56,554 nucleotides of DNA from a virus (Duplodnaviria > Caudoviricetes): IMG/VR virus record IMGVR_UViG_3300014201_000010, positions 1 to 56,554 of that record. The stretch is one strand, 5' to 3'. The notes beneath the pieces are model-generated. The model saw only the letters and a program-made list of their open reading frames with translations. It did not search any database and had not been told where the DNA came from. The position numbers and the translations under genes are program-made. Positions 19,999 through 30,209 of the stretch are shown piece after piece. Every line of letters begins with the position of its first letter. Position 1 is the first letter of the stretch.

Positions 19999-22400
19999 TG
20001 ACATTAGATCCTCGTTTTTTTATTGCGCCTTCTTTAGAGATGTATTTTGTCGATAAGGATACAGGTGAACCTTTATCTGGTGGTATTGTTACATTTTACA
20101 GTGACACTAATAGAACTGTATTAAAGCCTGTTTATGAATACAACAGTGCAACGACACCTAATTATATTCCTATAAATAATCCAGTTATTTTAAGCGATGT
20201 TGGAACATTTCAGGACGAATCTGGCGCTAATATATTGCCTTTTTATTATCCTTATACTGGGACACCTACTGAAGATACAGGAATTGTAGAACTATATTAC
20301 ATCACTGTTTATAGTTCAGGTGGTATATTACAATTCACACGAGAAGCATGGCCTCCTTACGGAAATATTGGACCAACTCCTAGTTCTGAGTCTGAATATT
20401 ATAATTATATTCCGAATGGACAATTTTTAACACATAATAATCCTCCTTATGCATTGCCTTTAACGGCAGGAACGACTGCTATTGCGCCAGGCGGATGGTT
20501 TTATAAAACCCCTTCCGGATCATCCACCTCTGATACCGTTACATTTACTGTTTTAACCCCAACAGCAAATCCGACTGGTAATTCAAAATTTAAATGCACG
20601 ATCCAATGTGTGTCTCCTAATCCATCAGATTTATTTAAAGATTTAGTTTTACAATTCCAAGATGTAAATAAATTTGCTTCAAATACAGCAACGATTGAAT
20701 ATACATTCGCCTTTACGGCAAGGACTGAAACAGGAACAAACCAACCTGTTGAAATATTGATCCAGCAAAATTTTGGTACTGGTGGGTCTGCAACTGTCGA
20801 GACTCCCATTACTGCTTCAGTCACAATTACTCCCACATTTACTATATATCAATATGTATTTTCATTTCCAACAACTATTGGAAAAACAATAGGAACTATC
20901 GGAACTGATTTCGTCGCATTAATCATAAGATTTCCAGATAATGCATTTACTATTTCAGTGACAGATTTCATTTTGGCTTATGGAACTTTAGAAATAGAAT
21001 CATTTCAAGATGAGACTAATAGCGACATGCTCGATAGGAGTGTTTTTGGATCGATTCCTATACCTGACCCAAATGGTTATAGTCTTTATCTTCCTGTAAT
21101 TTATACACAAACTGGCGCAACATTTGATATGAGTGTTGTGGGAAGCATAACAACTCTTTCTTATCCTACTGGAAGCACACCTTATGCCGCCATTCCTCCT
21201 GGTTATCTTGCGTGCGATGGCGCGCAATATTATACATTTGGTTATAATTCTTTAGGAATTCCATATCAAAGATTATTTAATTCATTGATTGATGTGACTT
21301 CTGGTATCCCGCGTTGGGGAACAGGTTTGAATTATGCAACAGTTACTATTAATAATTCATCTAATTTTTTATTTCTTGAAAATAATTTACCTGGAGTAAC
21401 AACGGCTACTGCCGATGGTGCTATACCAACCAATATAACATTTACAACTATCACTCCTGGAACATATATTGGTTTAAGTTCTTATATTTCATCTAACTCT
21501 CCTGGATTACTTTCTGTAACAATAGCGGATACTAATTATTTAGCTTATGGTCCTGTGGTGGCAGGAAACAGCGGATTCACTGTTGGTCAAGTATCTTTAG
21601 GTTCTACAATTACAAAACAACAATTCCAAGTTTCGACAACAGTTTTGCCAACAGCTGGTCATTATTTTGCTTTCGCAAATGGAGCGACAAGTTCTAATGT
21701 TTATTATATATGGTACACAATAAATGGTGCAGGAACAGATCCCGCGCCTGGTGGGACAGGAATAAAAGTTTCATTATTGAGCACAATGACTGCTACTGAT
21801 ACAAATATAGCAACAACAGCGGCTATTGCAGGAAAACAAGTTACATTAATGTCAAATATTCCTGCTGGTTCAGCGATAACAGCCGGATCTTATTTTACTT
21901 TTACAACAGTACCAACAAATTTATATACAGTATGGTTTTCAGTAAATAATGTCGGCACAAAACCATCTGTTTCAGGAACCGTTATATATATTGAGGTATC
22001 GATATTATCTTCATTTACTGTAAGTCAAGTTGCTGCCGCCATATTAAATGCTATTAATTCTCAATATTTTGCAACGCCGGATTTAAGAGGCGTATTTTTG
22101 AGAGGATGGAATAATGGTTCAGGAAATGATCCTGAAGCTGCTCTTAGATTTACATTGACAAATAATTATACTTTGGCTGGTGATCAGGTAGGTACTTATC
22201 AGCAAGACCAATTTGCTAATCATACTCATCCATCAACAACAAATACATCTGGTGTAATCCAAGAATTGGGTACAGGTTATCAAATTATAAATTCAGCTCC
22301 TTCCGGTTCAATCGAACTTGCTGCACTTAATCTATCATATACAGGCGGATACGAAACAAGACCTTTAAACGCTTATGTTAATTTCATCATTCATATGTAA
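19998..22400 (+). CDS. Tail fibre/spike with split tail-collar domain
   Basis: N-terminal GEPLSGG.V.FY...NPVIL...G head-binding-type motif; PPGYLACDG, PDLRGVFLRGW, ETRPLNAYVNFII collar motifs. Confidence 0.75.
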   Translation: MTLDPRFFIAPSLEMYFVDKDTGEPLSGGIVTFYSDTNRTVLKPVYEYNSATTPNYIPINNPVILSDVGTFQDESGANILPFYYPYTGTPTEDTGIVELYYITVYSSGGILQFTREAWPPYGNIGPTPSSESEYYNYIPNGQFLTHNNPPYALPLTAGTTAIAPGGWFYKTPSGSSTSDTVTFTVLTPTANPTGNSKFKCTIQCVSPNPSDLFKDLVLQFQDVNKFASNTATIEYTFAFTARTETGTNQPVEILIQQNFGTGGSATVETPITASVTITPTFTIYQYVFSFPTTIGKTIGTIGTDFVALIIRFPDNAFTISVTDFILAYGTLEIESFQDETNSDMLDRSVFGSIPIPDPNGYSLYLPVIYTQTGATFDMSVVGSITTLSYPTGSTPYAAIPPGYLACDGAQYYTFGYNSLGIPYQRLFNSLIDVTSGIPRWGTGLNYATVTINNSSNFLFLENNLPGVTTATADGAIPTNITFTTITPGTYIGLSSYISSNSPGLLSVTIADTNYLAYGPVVAGNSGFTVGQVSLGSTITKQQFQVSTTVLPTAGHYFAFANGATSSNVYYIWYTINGAGTDPAPGGTGIKVSLLSTMTATDTNIATTAAIAGKQVTLMSNIPAGSAITAGSYFTFTTVPTNLYTVWFSVNNVGTKPSVSGTVIYIEVSILSSFTVSQVAAAILNAINSQYFATPDLRGVFLRGWNNGSGNDPEAALRFTLTNNYTLAGDQVGTYQQDQFANHTHPSTTNTSGVIQELGTGYQIINSAPSGSIELAALNLSYTGGYETRPLNAYVNFIIHM

Positions 22401-22416
22401 TTTTTGAGGATATATT

Positions 22417-22761
22417 ATGTCAACACAATTTAATTTAAACAGAGATCAAACAGGAGTTTCTGCATATGCTCCATATTTTGCATATGATAATTATCAAACA
22501 ATATTATCAGCAAGTGTAGCGCAGTCATTTACGATTCCTTCAAATTACAGTATTTGGTGTGCAATTTTTAGTTTTACGCCAGGCGCTAGTGTTTGGGTTG
22601 CAAAAAACACTACAGCTACATTGCCTGGTGGTTCTTTTTCAACAACATTATCTACACTAAATCCTCAAGCAAGATACGTAAATGCTGGTGATATTTTAAG
22701 TTTTATAACGAGTGATACAACCGATGAAGTAGGAGTTACTTTATATGCTTACTCCTTATAA
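22417..22761 (+). CDS. Small virion protein
   Basis: Beta-rich, tail region, GAGGA RBS. Confidence 0.5.
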   Translation: MSTQFNLNRDQTGVSAYAPYFAYDNYQTILSASVAQSFTIPSNYSIWCAIFSFTPGASVWVAKNTTATLPGGSFSTTLSTLNPQARYVNAGDILSFITSDTTDEVGVTLYAYSL

Positions 22762-22921
22762 TTTTTTAACAAAAAGTAATCCTTCGGTAAGTGGATTATA
22801 TATTCAATATTTTGAAGTACAGGGACAAGAACCTCCTCCTCCTGGAGAAAGTTATCGCATCACTGATGATGATAATATAAGAATAACAGATAATGGTAAT
22901 AAAAGAATAACTGATAATTAG
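22745..22921 (+). CDS. 58-aa tail-region protein with three RITD repeats (below ORF-track cutoff)
   Basis: MLTPYNFL...YRITDDDNIRITDNGNKRITDN*; fills the gap before the next gene. Confidence 0.55.
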   Translation: MLTPYNFLTKSNPSVSGLYIQYFEVQGQEPPPPGESYRITDDDNIRITDNGNKRITDN

Positions 22922-22928
22922 GTGACAT

Positions 22929-24518
22929 ATGGCCGATGAAAAAATAATAGATTTAACAGCAATAGTTACTCAATCAATGACTGATTTGAAAGAAGTTAGT
23001 GCTAATGGAACAGGTAGTTTTAAAGAAACTAGACAGCAAGATATTAATTATACCCAAGCTCATTTGAATAATGTTGCTATAACTGGTGGAACCATTAACG
23101 GAACCACTATAGGTGCAACAACAAAAGCAGCGGGATCATTTACAAATTTAACGGCTACAGGAATTGTAAATTTTCCAAATAATTATGAAAATACAGTTTA
23201 TGTATCACCTCAAGGAAGTGATTCAATTGGAAATGGGACACTAAACAATCCATATGCGACAGTATCATATGCACAATCTCAAGTAGTTCCTTTAGCATCA
23301 CCAAGCAATGTTTATACTATTTTTGTGACTGGCAATATTACTGATAATGGTAATGTTTACATTAGTCCTAATGTTGGTGTTTTTGCTCCTTCCCCTGATA
23401 TATCAATAACGAATACGAATAATATTATAGCTGATCCAGCATGGGCAACGGCTGTTCCAGGGAGTAGTTACAGTTATTGGCAAAATCTAGCAATCTATGG
23501 TGACCTAGCAATAGATTTTTCTGCAATGAGTTCATCTATTTTTCCATTTTTCCAATTTATTCAAACTTATTTTGAAGGAAGTACTTTTTCAATCAATGGC
23601 GATCCCTCTTCTACCAATCCTGGAACGTCAGTATATTTTTATCAATGTTATAGTTCTGCCAATGTAGATATGGATAATGTTTTTATATATTCTGCTGATA
23701 ATCAATGGACTGGACAAGTTAATTTAGGTTCTGGAACTCCTAGCAGTTGTGTTCAACATTATTCAATCGGCGATATTTTTTATGAAGCATATAATTTTAC
23801 GGATAGTAATGGATCTTCTTGCAGCCCATTTTTACAATCTAATGGTAGTGCTTTTAACGGCGGCATAACTGTTGCCACACAAGGAGCCGTTTCTAATATA
23901 CAGTTTACAGTGATAGCAACTGTTCCATCGTGTGGAATAGAATATTATGTCGGATCTATAGGTACAGGTTCTATAACATGTGTTGCAAATGGTTCTGGTA
24001 AATTAGCGGGTATTACTGTAGATGATTATTCTACTGGAGGAACTCAAGTTAATCTGACATTAGATGGACCGCCGGCAGCATTGACTATAAATTCTGGTAC
24101 TCCTAATATAACTTATAATTATGTTTCAGAATCTACCAATAATGATTTTACTGGATTTAACTATTTTTCAAATGCTACATTATTCCCATCTCAGGAAGTG
24201 TCCTATAGTACTACTTCTACTTTTTCAGCATCAGATTTTGTTATTAAAAAAACGATAAGTTCAAACCCAACCGGAACTATCACTTTAACTCTTCCATCTG
24301 CTTCTAGTATTGATACTTTATTAGGATCTCCTTCAGTAAATATGGCTATTGAAGGAATAAGTATTACTAATTTTAGTTTAACGGGATCAATACAATTAGG
24401 AAATGGCAGTGGAACTACGCTTGGAGGCGTACCTACAAGTATTATTTCTCCTTCGACGACTAGATTTTTTAAACTGAGGAAATCTACTACAGGGCCAGCC
24501 TATATCTTGTATGGATAA
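22929..24518 (+). CDS. Tail spike / receptor-binding protein
   Basis: VAITGGTINGTTIG repeat and VYVSPQGSD..GNGTLNNPYAT beta-helix start. Confidence 0.65.
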   Translation: MADEKIIDLTAIVTQSMTDLKEVSANGTGSFKETRQQDINYTQAHLNNVAITGGTINGTTIGATTKAAGSFTNLTATGIVNFPNNYENTVYVSPQGSDSIGNGTLNNPYATVSYAQSQVVPLASPSNVYTIFVTGNITDNGNVYISPNVGVFAPSPDISITNTNNIIADPAWATAVPGSSYSYWQNLAIYGDLAIDFSAMSSSIFPFFQFIQTYFEGSTFSINGDPSSTNPGTSVYFYQCYSSANVDMDNVFIYSADNQWTGQVNLGSGTPSSCVQHYSIGDIFYEAYNFTDSNGSSCSPFLQSNGSAFNGGITVATQGAVSNIQFTVIATVPSCGIEYYVGSIGTGSITCVANGSGKLAGITVDDYSTGGTQVNLTLDGPPAALTINSGTPNITYNYVSESTNNDFTGFNYFSNATLFPSQEVSYSTTSTFSASDFVIKKTISSNPTGTITLTLPSASSIDTLLGSPSVNMAIEGISITNFSLTGSIQLGNGSGTTLGGVPTSIISPSTTRFFKLRKSTTGPAYILYG

Positions 24519-24556
24519 AATTTTATATTTTTAACTTTTATAAAGAGGAACAGACA

Positions 24557-25654
24557 ATGACAACTATAAGCATAACAACTGATTTTCCAGGTCAAGTTAA
24601 TGTAATGCCCCAAAACCCCAGGATTGTTTGCACAGATAGTTTAGAAGCTGTAACAACTTCTGGCTATTTGGATAATATAAGTATGCAGGGTCATACCATC
24701 AATCCAACAGATGTAATAGAAATAATCTATAATTATTCAACTATAAATAAAACTGGAACCTTTGGATTTTTTATCCCTACCATCACAGAGGGAATTATTA
24801 CTCTATCTCAATGGTTCAATTCAGGAAATGTTGTTCTGCCTGTTTCTGCTGGAGATATCGCATTATTCTATAATACGGAAGGACAAATATATGATGCGGG
24901 GATTTCACCATCTAATATTTCTTTGACTCATTTAGCTTCTGTTGGTACAACCATTTCAAATTATTTGTCCCACTTTTCAGATACAAGTGGAACATTAAGT
25001 TCTGCTGCAGCTAATGTTACTAATCCTGGTAATATTTCTGCTGGATTATCTGGCACGGCAGGTTCTGTCACGTCTTACCCTGCAACTGCAACAACTGGAT
25101 CATTATCTTTAACAGCTGTTTCAAATTCCGGTAATTATGCAAATAGTATTTCTAATGCCTCAACAGGTCAGGCAACTACATGGTCTATGGCTGATCCTGG
25201 AACTTCAGCCTCTAATCTTTTGCAAGCCAGTGGAACATTGACGACAGGTCATTTGTTAATGACAAATGGAACTTCTGGTGTGATGACAGATGCTGGAGTT
25301 GCAGGAACCGCTGCTAATAAAGCCGCTACCAATGCTTCTGATGCTTATCTTGCATCCACCACAGGGACAGTCACATCAGGCACTCTGGCAACTTTTTCAG
25401 ATGCATTAGGAACTATTGGTTACAGCACTGCTAACTTTAGAGCTCAAACTATTGGAACAGCTGGATCAACGGCTGCCAATACAGTCACGGATGCAAATTG
25501 TAAAACTACTAGTATTGTATATGCCTCTTATCAAAGCCAAACCAATCCGGCGTCAATTTTAACGATTGCGCCAGCAAATGGAAGCTTTCTTATAACTTCA
25601 AATACAGCTCCAGGAAATAGTGTTTTTCAATATATCATTGTGAATCCTCAATAA
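24557..25654 (+). CDS. Tail fibre-like virion protein
   Basis: Thr/Ser/Gly-rich with G.LA.FSD..GT repeats. Confidence 0.55.
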   Translation: MTTISITTDFPGQVNVMPQNPRIVCTDSLEAVTTSGYLDNISMQGHTINPTDVIEIIYNYSTINKTGTFGFFIPTITEGIITLSQWFNSGNVVLPVSAGDIALFYNTEGQIYDAGISPSNISLTHLASVGTTISNYLSHFSDTSGTLSSAAANVTNPGNISAGLSGTAGSVTSYPATATTGSLSLTAVSNSGNYANSISNASTGQATTWSMADPGTSASNLLQASGTLTTGHLLMTNGTSGVMTDAGVAGTAANKAATNASDAYLASTTGTVTSGTLATFSDALGTIGYSTANFRAQTIGTAGSTAANTVTDANCKTTSIVYASYQSQTNPASILTIAPANGSFLITSNTAPGNSVFQYIIVNPQ

Positions 25655-25655
25655 A

Positions 25656-26102
25656 ATGGACAATGTAAAGCTTGAAAACATGCTAGAGCGTCATGAAGGA
25701 CTGAAATTATTTCCTTATAATGACGCTACTGGAGGAAAAATTGAATTGATCGACGGTAATATTACAGTAGGAATCGGTTGTAATTTATCTGCAGGCATTT
25801 CACGAGATTTAGCTATTATAATTTTGAGATATTATATAGTTTTTTTTACAAAAAAATTACAAACCATTGTAAAAAAGTTTGATAGATTAAATGAAGCAAG
25901 GCAAGCCGCATTAATTGATATGATATTCAATGTAGGTGTTACTGGTTTTATGAAATTCGTAGAAATGCTAAAAGCTATCGATGATGGAGATTTTTATAAA
26001 GCTGCCGATGAAATGCTAAACAGCCCATGGGCAACTAAGGTGGGAAATAGATCTAACGAGTTGGCATTCATGATGAGGGTAGGAACATGGCAGAACCTAT
26101 AG
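25656..26102 (+). CDS. Endolysin (GH24 lysozyme-like)
   Basis: HEGLKL.PY.D, TVGIGCNL, ARQAALIDMIFNVG, AADEMLNSPWA. Confidence 0.9.
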   Translation: MDNVKLENMLERHEGLKLFPYNDATGGKIELIDGNITVGIGCNLSAGISRDLAIIILRYYIVFFTKKLQTIVKKFDRLNEARQAALIDMIFNVGVTGFMKFVEMLKAIDDGDFYKAADEMLNSPWATKVGNRSNELAFMMRVGTWQNL

Positions 26103-26338
26103 AAACATTCGTCCCTGTGATGTCTTTTGCTAATATAAAAAATATGTTAAGCTATATAGGAACAATATTTTCTATTATATCTGTTATTGTCTATGGTACA
26201 TATTGGATAGTCTCAAGAATAAGTACATTATAAACAAAAACTGATTACATTTTGAATAGCCAAATAGAGATAAAGGACGAAGTTAGCAAAATATATTCAA
26301 TGATGTTAAAAAAGGAGTCCAATGAAACTATCGCTTAA
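26087..26338 (+). CDS. Holin/antiholin-like single-TM protein interrupted by in-frame TAA at 26231-26233
   Basis: ATG 26087 after AGGA; TM segment, then SRISTL*TKTDYILNSQIEIKDEVSKIYSMML continuing in frame to TAA 26336-26338. Confidence 0.6.
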
Positions 26339-26534
26339 GGGAATAAATCTTCCCACGCCATTATTTATAAGACGAATAGCTAATTCTATTATGGCATCAT
26401 GTTCTTTTATTGCCGGATTTTCTATTATTTCTGATTACAAGGTAATGGGAGCAATTGCTTTAGCCGGTGGTTTAATTTCTAAATTTATTTCAGATTTTTT
26501 TCATGAGGATTCATCTGATGCCGACAATAAGTGA
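26322..26534 (+). CDS. Holin-like two-TM protein
   Basis: Two hydrophobic helices, PTP motif, AAGGAG RBS, inside lysis cassette. Confidence 0.55.
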   Translation: MKLSLKGINLPTPLFIRRIANSIMASCSFIAGFSIISDYKVMGAIALAGGLISKFISDFFHEDSSDADNK

Positions 26535-26880
26535 TATCAAGAGTGGATTTATATTAGTTTTGATTTTGGTTATATTTTTAATGTATTGTTTCTACAAGGT
26601 GTCCACTGACCACTATAAAAATGACATAAATATATTAAAATCTCAAAATTTAAAATTAATCGATAATATAGATGAGCAAAATAAAAAAGTTGATGAGATG
26701 AACACTGCGGCAATTTCCAAAGAAAAGCTGTTAAAAGCAGCAGAATTGAAAGCAGAGCATTTAATGTCATCTTCTAAAAAGAGAAATAAAGATCTATTAA
26801 CTGTAGATATTCCGCCTGGATGCGAAGACGCAGTTCAGTGGGCTGTCAATGAAGCTCTCATGATGAAAGAGCCAGCATGA
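26518..26880 (+). CDS. i-spanin (Rz-like)
   Basis: N-terminal TM, then coiled coil and C-terminal Cys. Confidence 0.65.
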   Translation: MPTISDIKSGFILVLILVIFLMYCFYKVSTDHYKNDINILKSQNLKLIDNIDEQNKKVDEMNTAAISKEKLLKAAELKAEHLMSSSKKRNKDLLTVDIPPGCEDAVQWAVNEALMMKEPA

Positions 26881-27128
26881 AATTATTATTCATTTTATTG
26901 TCTTTATTGGTAGTTGGTTGTTCTACTGTGCAACCTAAAATAGTGCAAGTTAAAATACCTATTCCTGTGTTTTCTAGAGCTCCTATTATTCCTGATAAAC
27001 CTACATTACCTATCTATTCTTTGAATAAAGAAAGCAAACCTCCAGAAGTTATGAAAGCTTATGTTTCTTCAGTTCATTTATTAAATGATTGGGGGAATGC
27101 TTGCTATCAGACAAGTAAGGCCCAATGA
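26877..27128 (+). CDS. o-spanin lipoprotein (Rz1-like)
   Basis: Lipobox LVVGC, Pro-rich; implies a diderm host. Confidence 0.7.
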   Translation: MKLLFILLSLLVVGCSTVQPKIVQVKIPIPVFSRAPIIPDKPTLPIYSLNKESKPPEVMKAYVSSVHLLNDWGNACYQTSKAQ

Positions 27129-27136
27129 AGGGCCTT
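27117..27136. terminator. Hairpin between convergent operons
   Basis: AAGGCCC-AATGAA-GGGCCTT. Confidence 0.5.
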
Positions 27137-27142
27137 TATATT

Positions 27143-27538
27143 TTAAGGAAATAATTTAATTAAAGGGCAAAATTTTGATGGATATGAACATTCATATGTA
27201 TAATCTGATAGTTTTGTCCACGCATTCGGTATAATGTTAACTCCAGGAGACAATGCATTTTTAGAATGAATAGAAAAGTTATGTATTTCTTCTCCGCTGA
27301 TAACATACTCACATTCTGCCGGAGAAGGATCCAATGTTCTTGTTGAAGATTTTCTGAAAATATAATCTCCATCAACTATTGGTCTTGGAATATAACTCAT
27401 AATAAAGTTATCGGAGCCTATCTCGCATTTACCATATTCGCAATGAATTGTTTGAGGGCAATAGATAGCAGGATAAGCAGATGCAGCGCTACTTGCAATT
27501 GCAATTGACAATAATGATATCTTTATTAAATTTTTCAT
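27143..27538 (-). CDS. Secreted Cys-rich protein
   Basis: Signal peptide ending ASA, six Cys. Confidence 0.5.
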   Translation of the reverse strand: MKNLIKISLLSIAIASSAASAYPAIYCPQTIHCEYGKCEIGSDNFIMSYIPRPIVDGDYIFRKSSTRTLDPSPAECEYVISGEEIHNFSIHSKNALSPGVNIIPNAWTKLSDYTYECSYPSKFCPLIKLFP

Positions 27539-27549
27539 AAATATTTCCT

Positions 27550-27804
27550 CTAAAGTATTATTTTTATATCCATATGTTTATTCTTCCTTATATCATCATT
27601 TCTGATGAATTCTTTTACTAGCTCTTCTAATTTTTGTAATACATTTTTTTTTAATTTAAATTTACTTTGATGATTAAAATCAAAATATTCTATATATGAT
27701 AAACCAGTCGGAATATGAATCGCTTTAATGTAACCTGATTTAATTCCTTCCGTACAAACAGATGGAAAGCATGATTCTATTCTTATATCTTTCATATCAA
27801 ACAT
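27550..27804 (-). CDS. Class I release-factor domain-3-like protein lacking GGQ
   Basis: KDIRIE...IKAIHIPTGL...QSKFKLKKNVLQKL parallels RF DLRID...RITHLPTGI...SQHKNK. Confidence 0.55.
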   Translation of the reverse strand: MFDMKDIRIESCFPSVCTEGIKSGYIKAIHIPTGLSYIEYFDFNHQSKFKLKKNVLQKLEELVKEFIRNDDIRKNKHMDIKIIL

Positions 27805-27817
27805 AATCTATCCCATT

Positions 27818-27893
27818 TGGCTGCGCAGGCTGGACTCGAACCAGCGACTTAAGGATTAACAATCCTTCTCTCTACCAACTGAGCTACTGCGCA
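27818..27893 (-). tRNA. tRNA-Asn(GTT)
   Basis: TGCGCAG/CTGCGCA, loop TTGTTAA, GCTGG-TTCGAGT-CCAGC, G-CCA. Confidence 0.95.
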
Positions 27894-27903
27894 ATATAAT
27901 TTT

Positions 27904-29379
27904 TTAAAATGGCACTTCTAATATTTGTTCACCATCTTTATAAACGGTCTTTAATTCATTTTCTTGTGATACAAATTCATTCCATGGCATATTTTCTAAA
28001 ACTTTATAAGTTTTCCCATTTTTAGATAGCTTACTATGATTATCTACTTTAATAACCTTTAATAATCCTGAATGACTTTTTTTAGTGCCATCATCCGTTT
28101 TAGGATTTTTAGTAATAGCTATTCCTTTACCATTAATCTCAGCATAAGTTGCTTTCATGGCCCAACCCAGTGAATCACGGGTCTGATACTGATAACTGTA
28201 GGACCCGACTCCAAATACAATATTTGTACTAGCAAATCCTTTTTGTTTTAGCTGAGCACATATTTTCTCACATCTATCTAAAGTAATACTATCACCATAG
28301 ATGGCACCTATATGTGAATCTAGCTGTTTATAGCCTTTACTATTTATAGTACCGCCGAATATATCCCATAGTCTTTCAATCACTCCAGCGCGCTCAGAAC
28401 TGCCAGGAACAGCCCTATTATCGCCACATATGATTTTTACAGGGTCGCCTGAATCAGGGCGACAGATCACACGACCATTACGTTGCATGATATCTTTTTT
28501 CAAAACTGGTAAATATTTATCGATAACATTAAAAAGATCCCATGTATCCATTACCAGTGAGATCATGCCTGCTGGATAAACTTCGGTAATTAATCGTTTA
28601 TAGTTTTCTAATTCATTCTCTTTGCCAGCAGCAGAATGAATAGAATGTTCGCTAGCTGGGATTGAGGTGCCATGACTTAAAGGTTTATTATAATAATGAT
28701 TACCGGCAAGAATAGCTGGAATGCTATCGCTGCCTTTAAAGTAATTAAGATGAGCCATTCCTGATAATACCGCAGCTTCCATTCCATACATGCCTCTGAA
28801 GCTAAAATCATGAGCCTGATAATCAACAAATTCTGGCATATCGCTTGTTTCAATTGCATAACGATCTAATATAAGACGATATTCTCTGGCTATAGTTGCT
28901 GAGGTACATGCTCCCCATAACACACAAGAAAGCATGGTTTCAAGCATATTGGTTACCCAATAAAAAGCAGGATGAGTATTGAATATAACTAATGCTGGGA
29001 CTCCGCATGGGACTATAGCTCCCTCCGGTAAGGATTTAATCTCTATTGGTAAATATCCTAATTTATGTAGTGCTTCTATATTATCCCAATGCCTATCATA
29101 TCCTAATGTCTGTTTCATAACTTTCTGATATTCTGTCAATACTTTTTTAAGTGGCTTATTGAAGAACATGATATTGAAACCATCTAAATGCTCTTCGATT
29201 AAATATTTTAAACCGAAAAAAACAGAATAATTAATTCCTTCTAACCTTGATTTGCGAGGCGTAAAGTTACTAACTATTCGTGTAGTTCCTTCTGGATACA
29301 TTTTAAAGTGAGAGACTTTATAAAAGTCTTTAAGATAAATTGGATTTATGTGACCAAAATCTGTTTTATACATTTTCAT
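27904..29379 (-). CDS. Nicotinamide phosphoribosyltransferase-like (NARP1 Namat-like)
   Basis: DFYKVSH, HDFSFRG, SIPASEHS, RPDSGDP, IYGDSIT, GVGSYSYQ, K.PKTDDGTKKS. Confidence 0.9.
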   Translation of the reverse strand: MKMYKTDFGHINPIYLKDFYKVSHFKMYPEGTTRIVSNFTPRKSRLEGINYSVFFGLKYLIEEHLDGFNIMFFNKPLKKVLTEYQKVMKQTLGYDRHWDNIEALHKLGYLPIEIKSLPEGAIVPCGVPALVIFNTHPAFYWVTNMLETMLSCVLWGACTSATIAREYRLILDRYAIETSDMPEFVDYQAHDFSFRGMYGMEAAVLSGMAHLNYFKGSDSIPAILAGNHYYNKPLSHGTSIPASEHSIHSAAGKENELENYKRLITEVYPAGMISLVMDTWDLFNVIDKYLPVLKKDIMQRNGRVICRPDSGDPVKIICGDNRAVPGSSERAGVIERLWDIFGGTINSKGYKQLDSHIGAIYGDSITLDRCEKICAQLKQKGFASTNIVFGVGSYSYQYQTRDSLGWAMKATYAEINGKGIAITKNPKTDDGTKKSHSGLLKVIKVDNHSKLSKNGKTYKVLENMPWNEFVSQENELKTVYKDGEQILEVPF

Positions 29380-29750
29380 TTTCCTTATCGTTTAGATAAA
29401 TAACGTAAAAATATTTTTCGTTAATATTTTCTAGTTTTGGTTTATATTTGCCATTATATTTATCAATATCAATTGAGTAATAATTAAAAAAAGATTTAGC
29501 ACCTATTATATAATATGTTTTGTTAACAGTAACAGTAAATATTCCTTCTAATGTGTTATTATTTGTAAAATCAAATACTATTGCATTTTTATGTTTTGAA
29601 AATGAAAGTATAACATATTTAAATTTATTATTTTTGTTTAAAATTGTTATAAAAGCATTATTGAACCTAAGAGTTTTGTCTTTATTAATTTTTATTATTG
29701 GGTTACTGAATCTTGATCTAACTTTTTTAAATATTTCTAAGTCGCTCCAA

Positions 29751-30209
29751 TCATTCATTTTCATTTTCCTTATTAATTGAGAATTCTTTCATAGAGTTTT
29801 GAAGACATATAATTCCGTGCCTACGCCACATTTGTACAACTTGTTCCCTATCATCGATTACTAAATCTGGCCACCATCCTTCAGATTTCAGTTGCAGAAG
29901 TATTTCTTCTTTTATAACTTCATCAGGTCTATAATCTCCCGCTGGACGCATTCTTAAATCAAAACCACCTATTGTATGACTTTCAAGCCATTCTAAAGTA
30001 TGAGGTCTATAATCTTCATTTCTGCCTGAAACTAATTTTATATCATATTCAAGAGATAAGGTTCCTAATAAATATACTATTGGTTTTATAGGTGGATCCA
30101 TAACCATAGATTCATTAAAACTTTTCCAATCATGATTGCCATCTGATACAAAATGTCTTCTATGTCTACAATCTGCTAATGTGCCATCTATGTCGAAAAT
30201 TATTTTCAT
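29751..30209 (-). CDS. HAD phosphatase, T4 PNK (PseT) 3'-phosphatase-like
   Basis: FDIDGTLAD, VSGR, MRPAGDYRPD..IKEE, DDR.QVVQMWR..G..CLQ. Confidence 0.85.
   Translation of the reverse strand: MKIIFDIDGTLADCRHRRHFVSDGNHDWKSFNESMVMDPPIKPIVYLLGTLSLEYDIKLVSGRNEDYRPHTLEWLESHTIGGFDLRMRPAGDYRPDEVIKEEILLQLKSEGWWPDLVIDDREQVVQMWRRHGIICLQNSMKEFSINKENENE

Noticed and set aside
8022-21227. Short antisense or alternative-frame ORFs inside portal, terL, coat, gp10-like and tail genes
   Set aside because: Fully nested in well-supported genes, with no motifs
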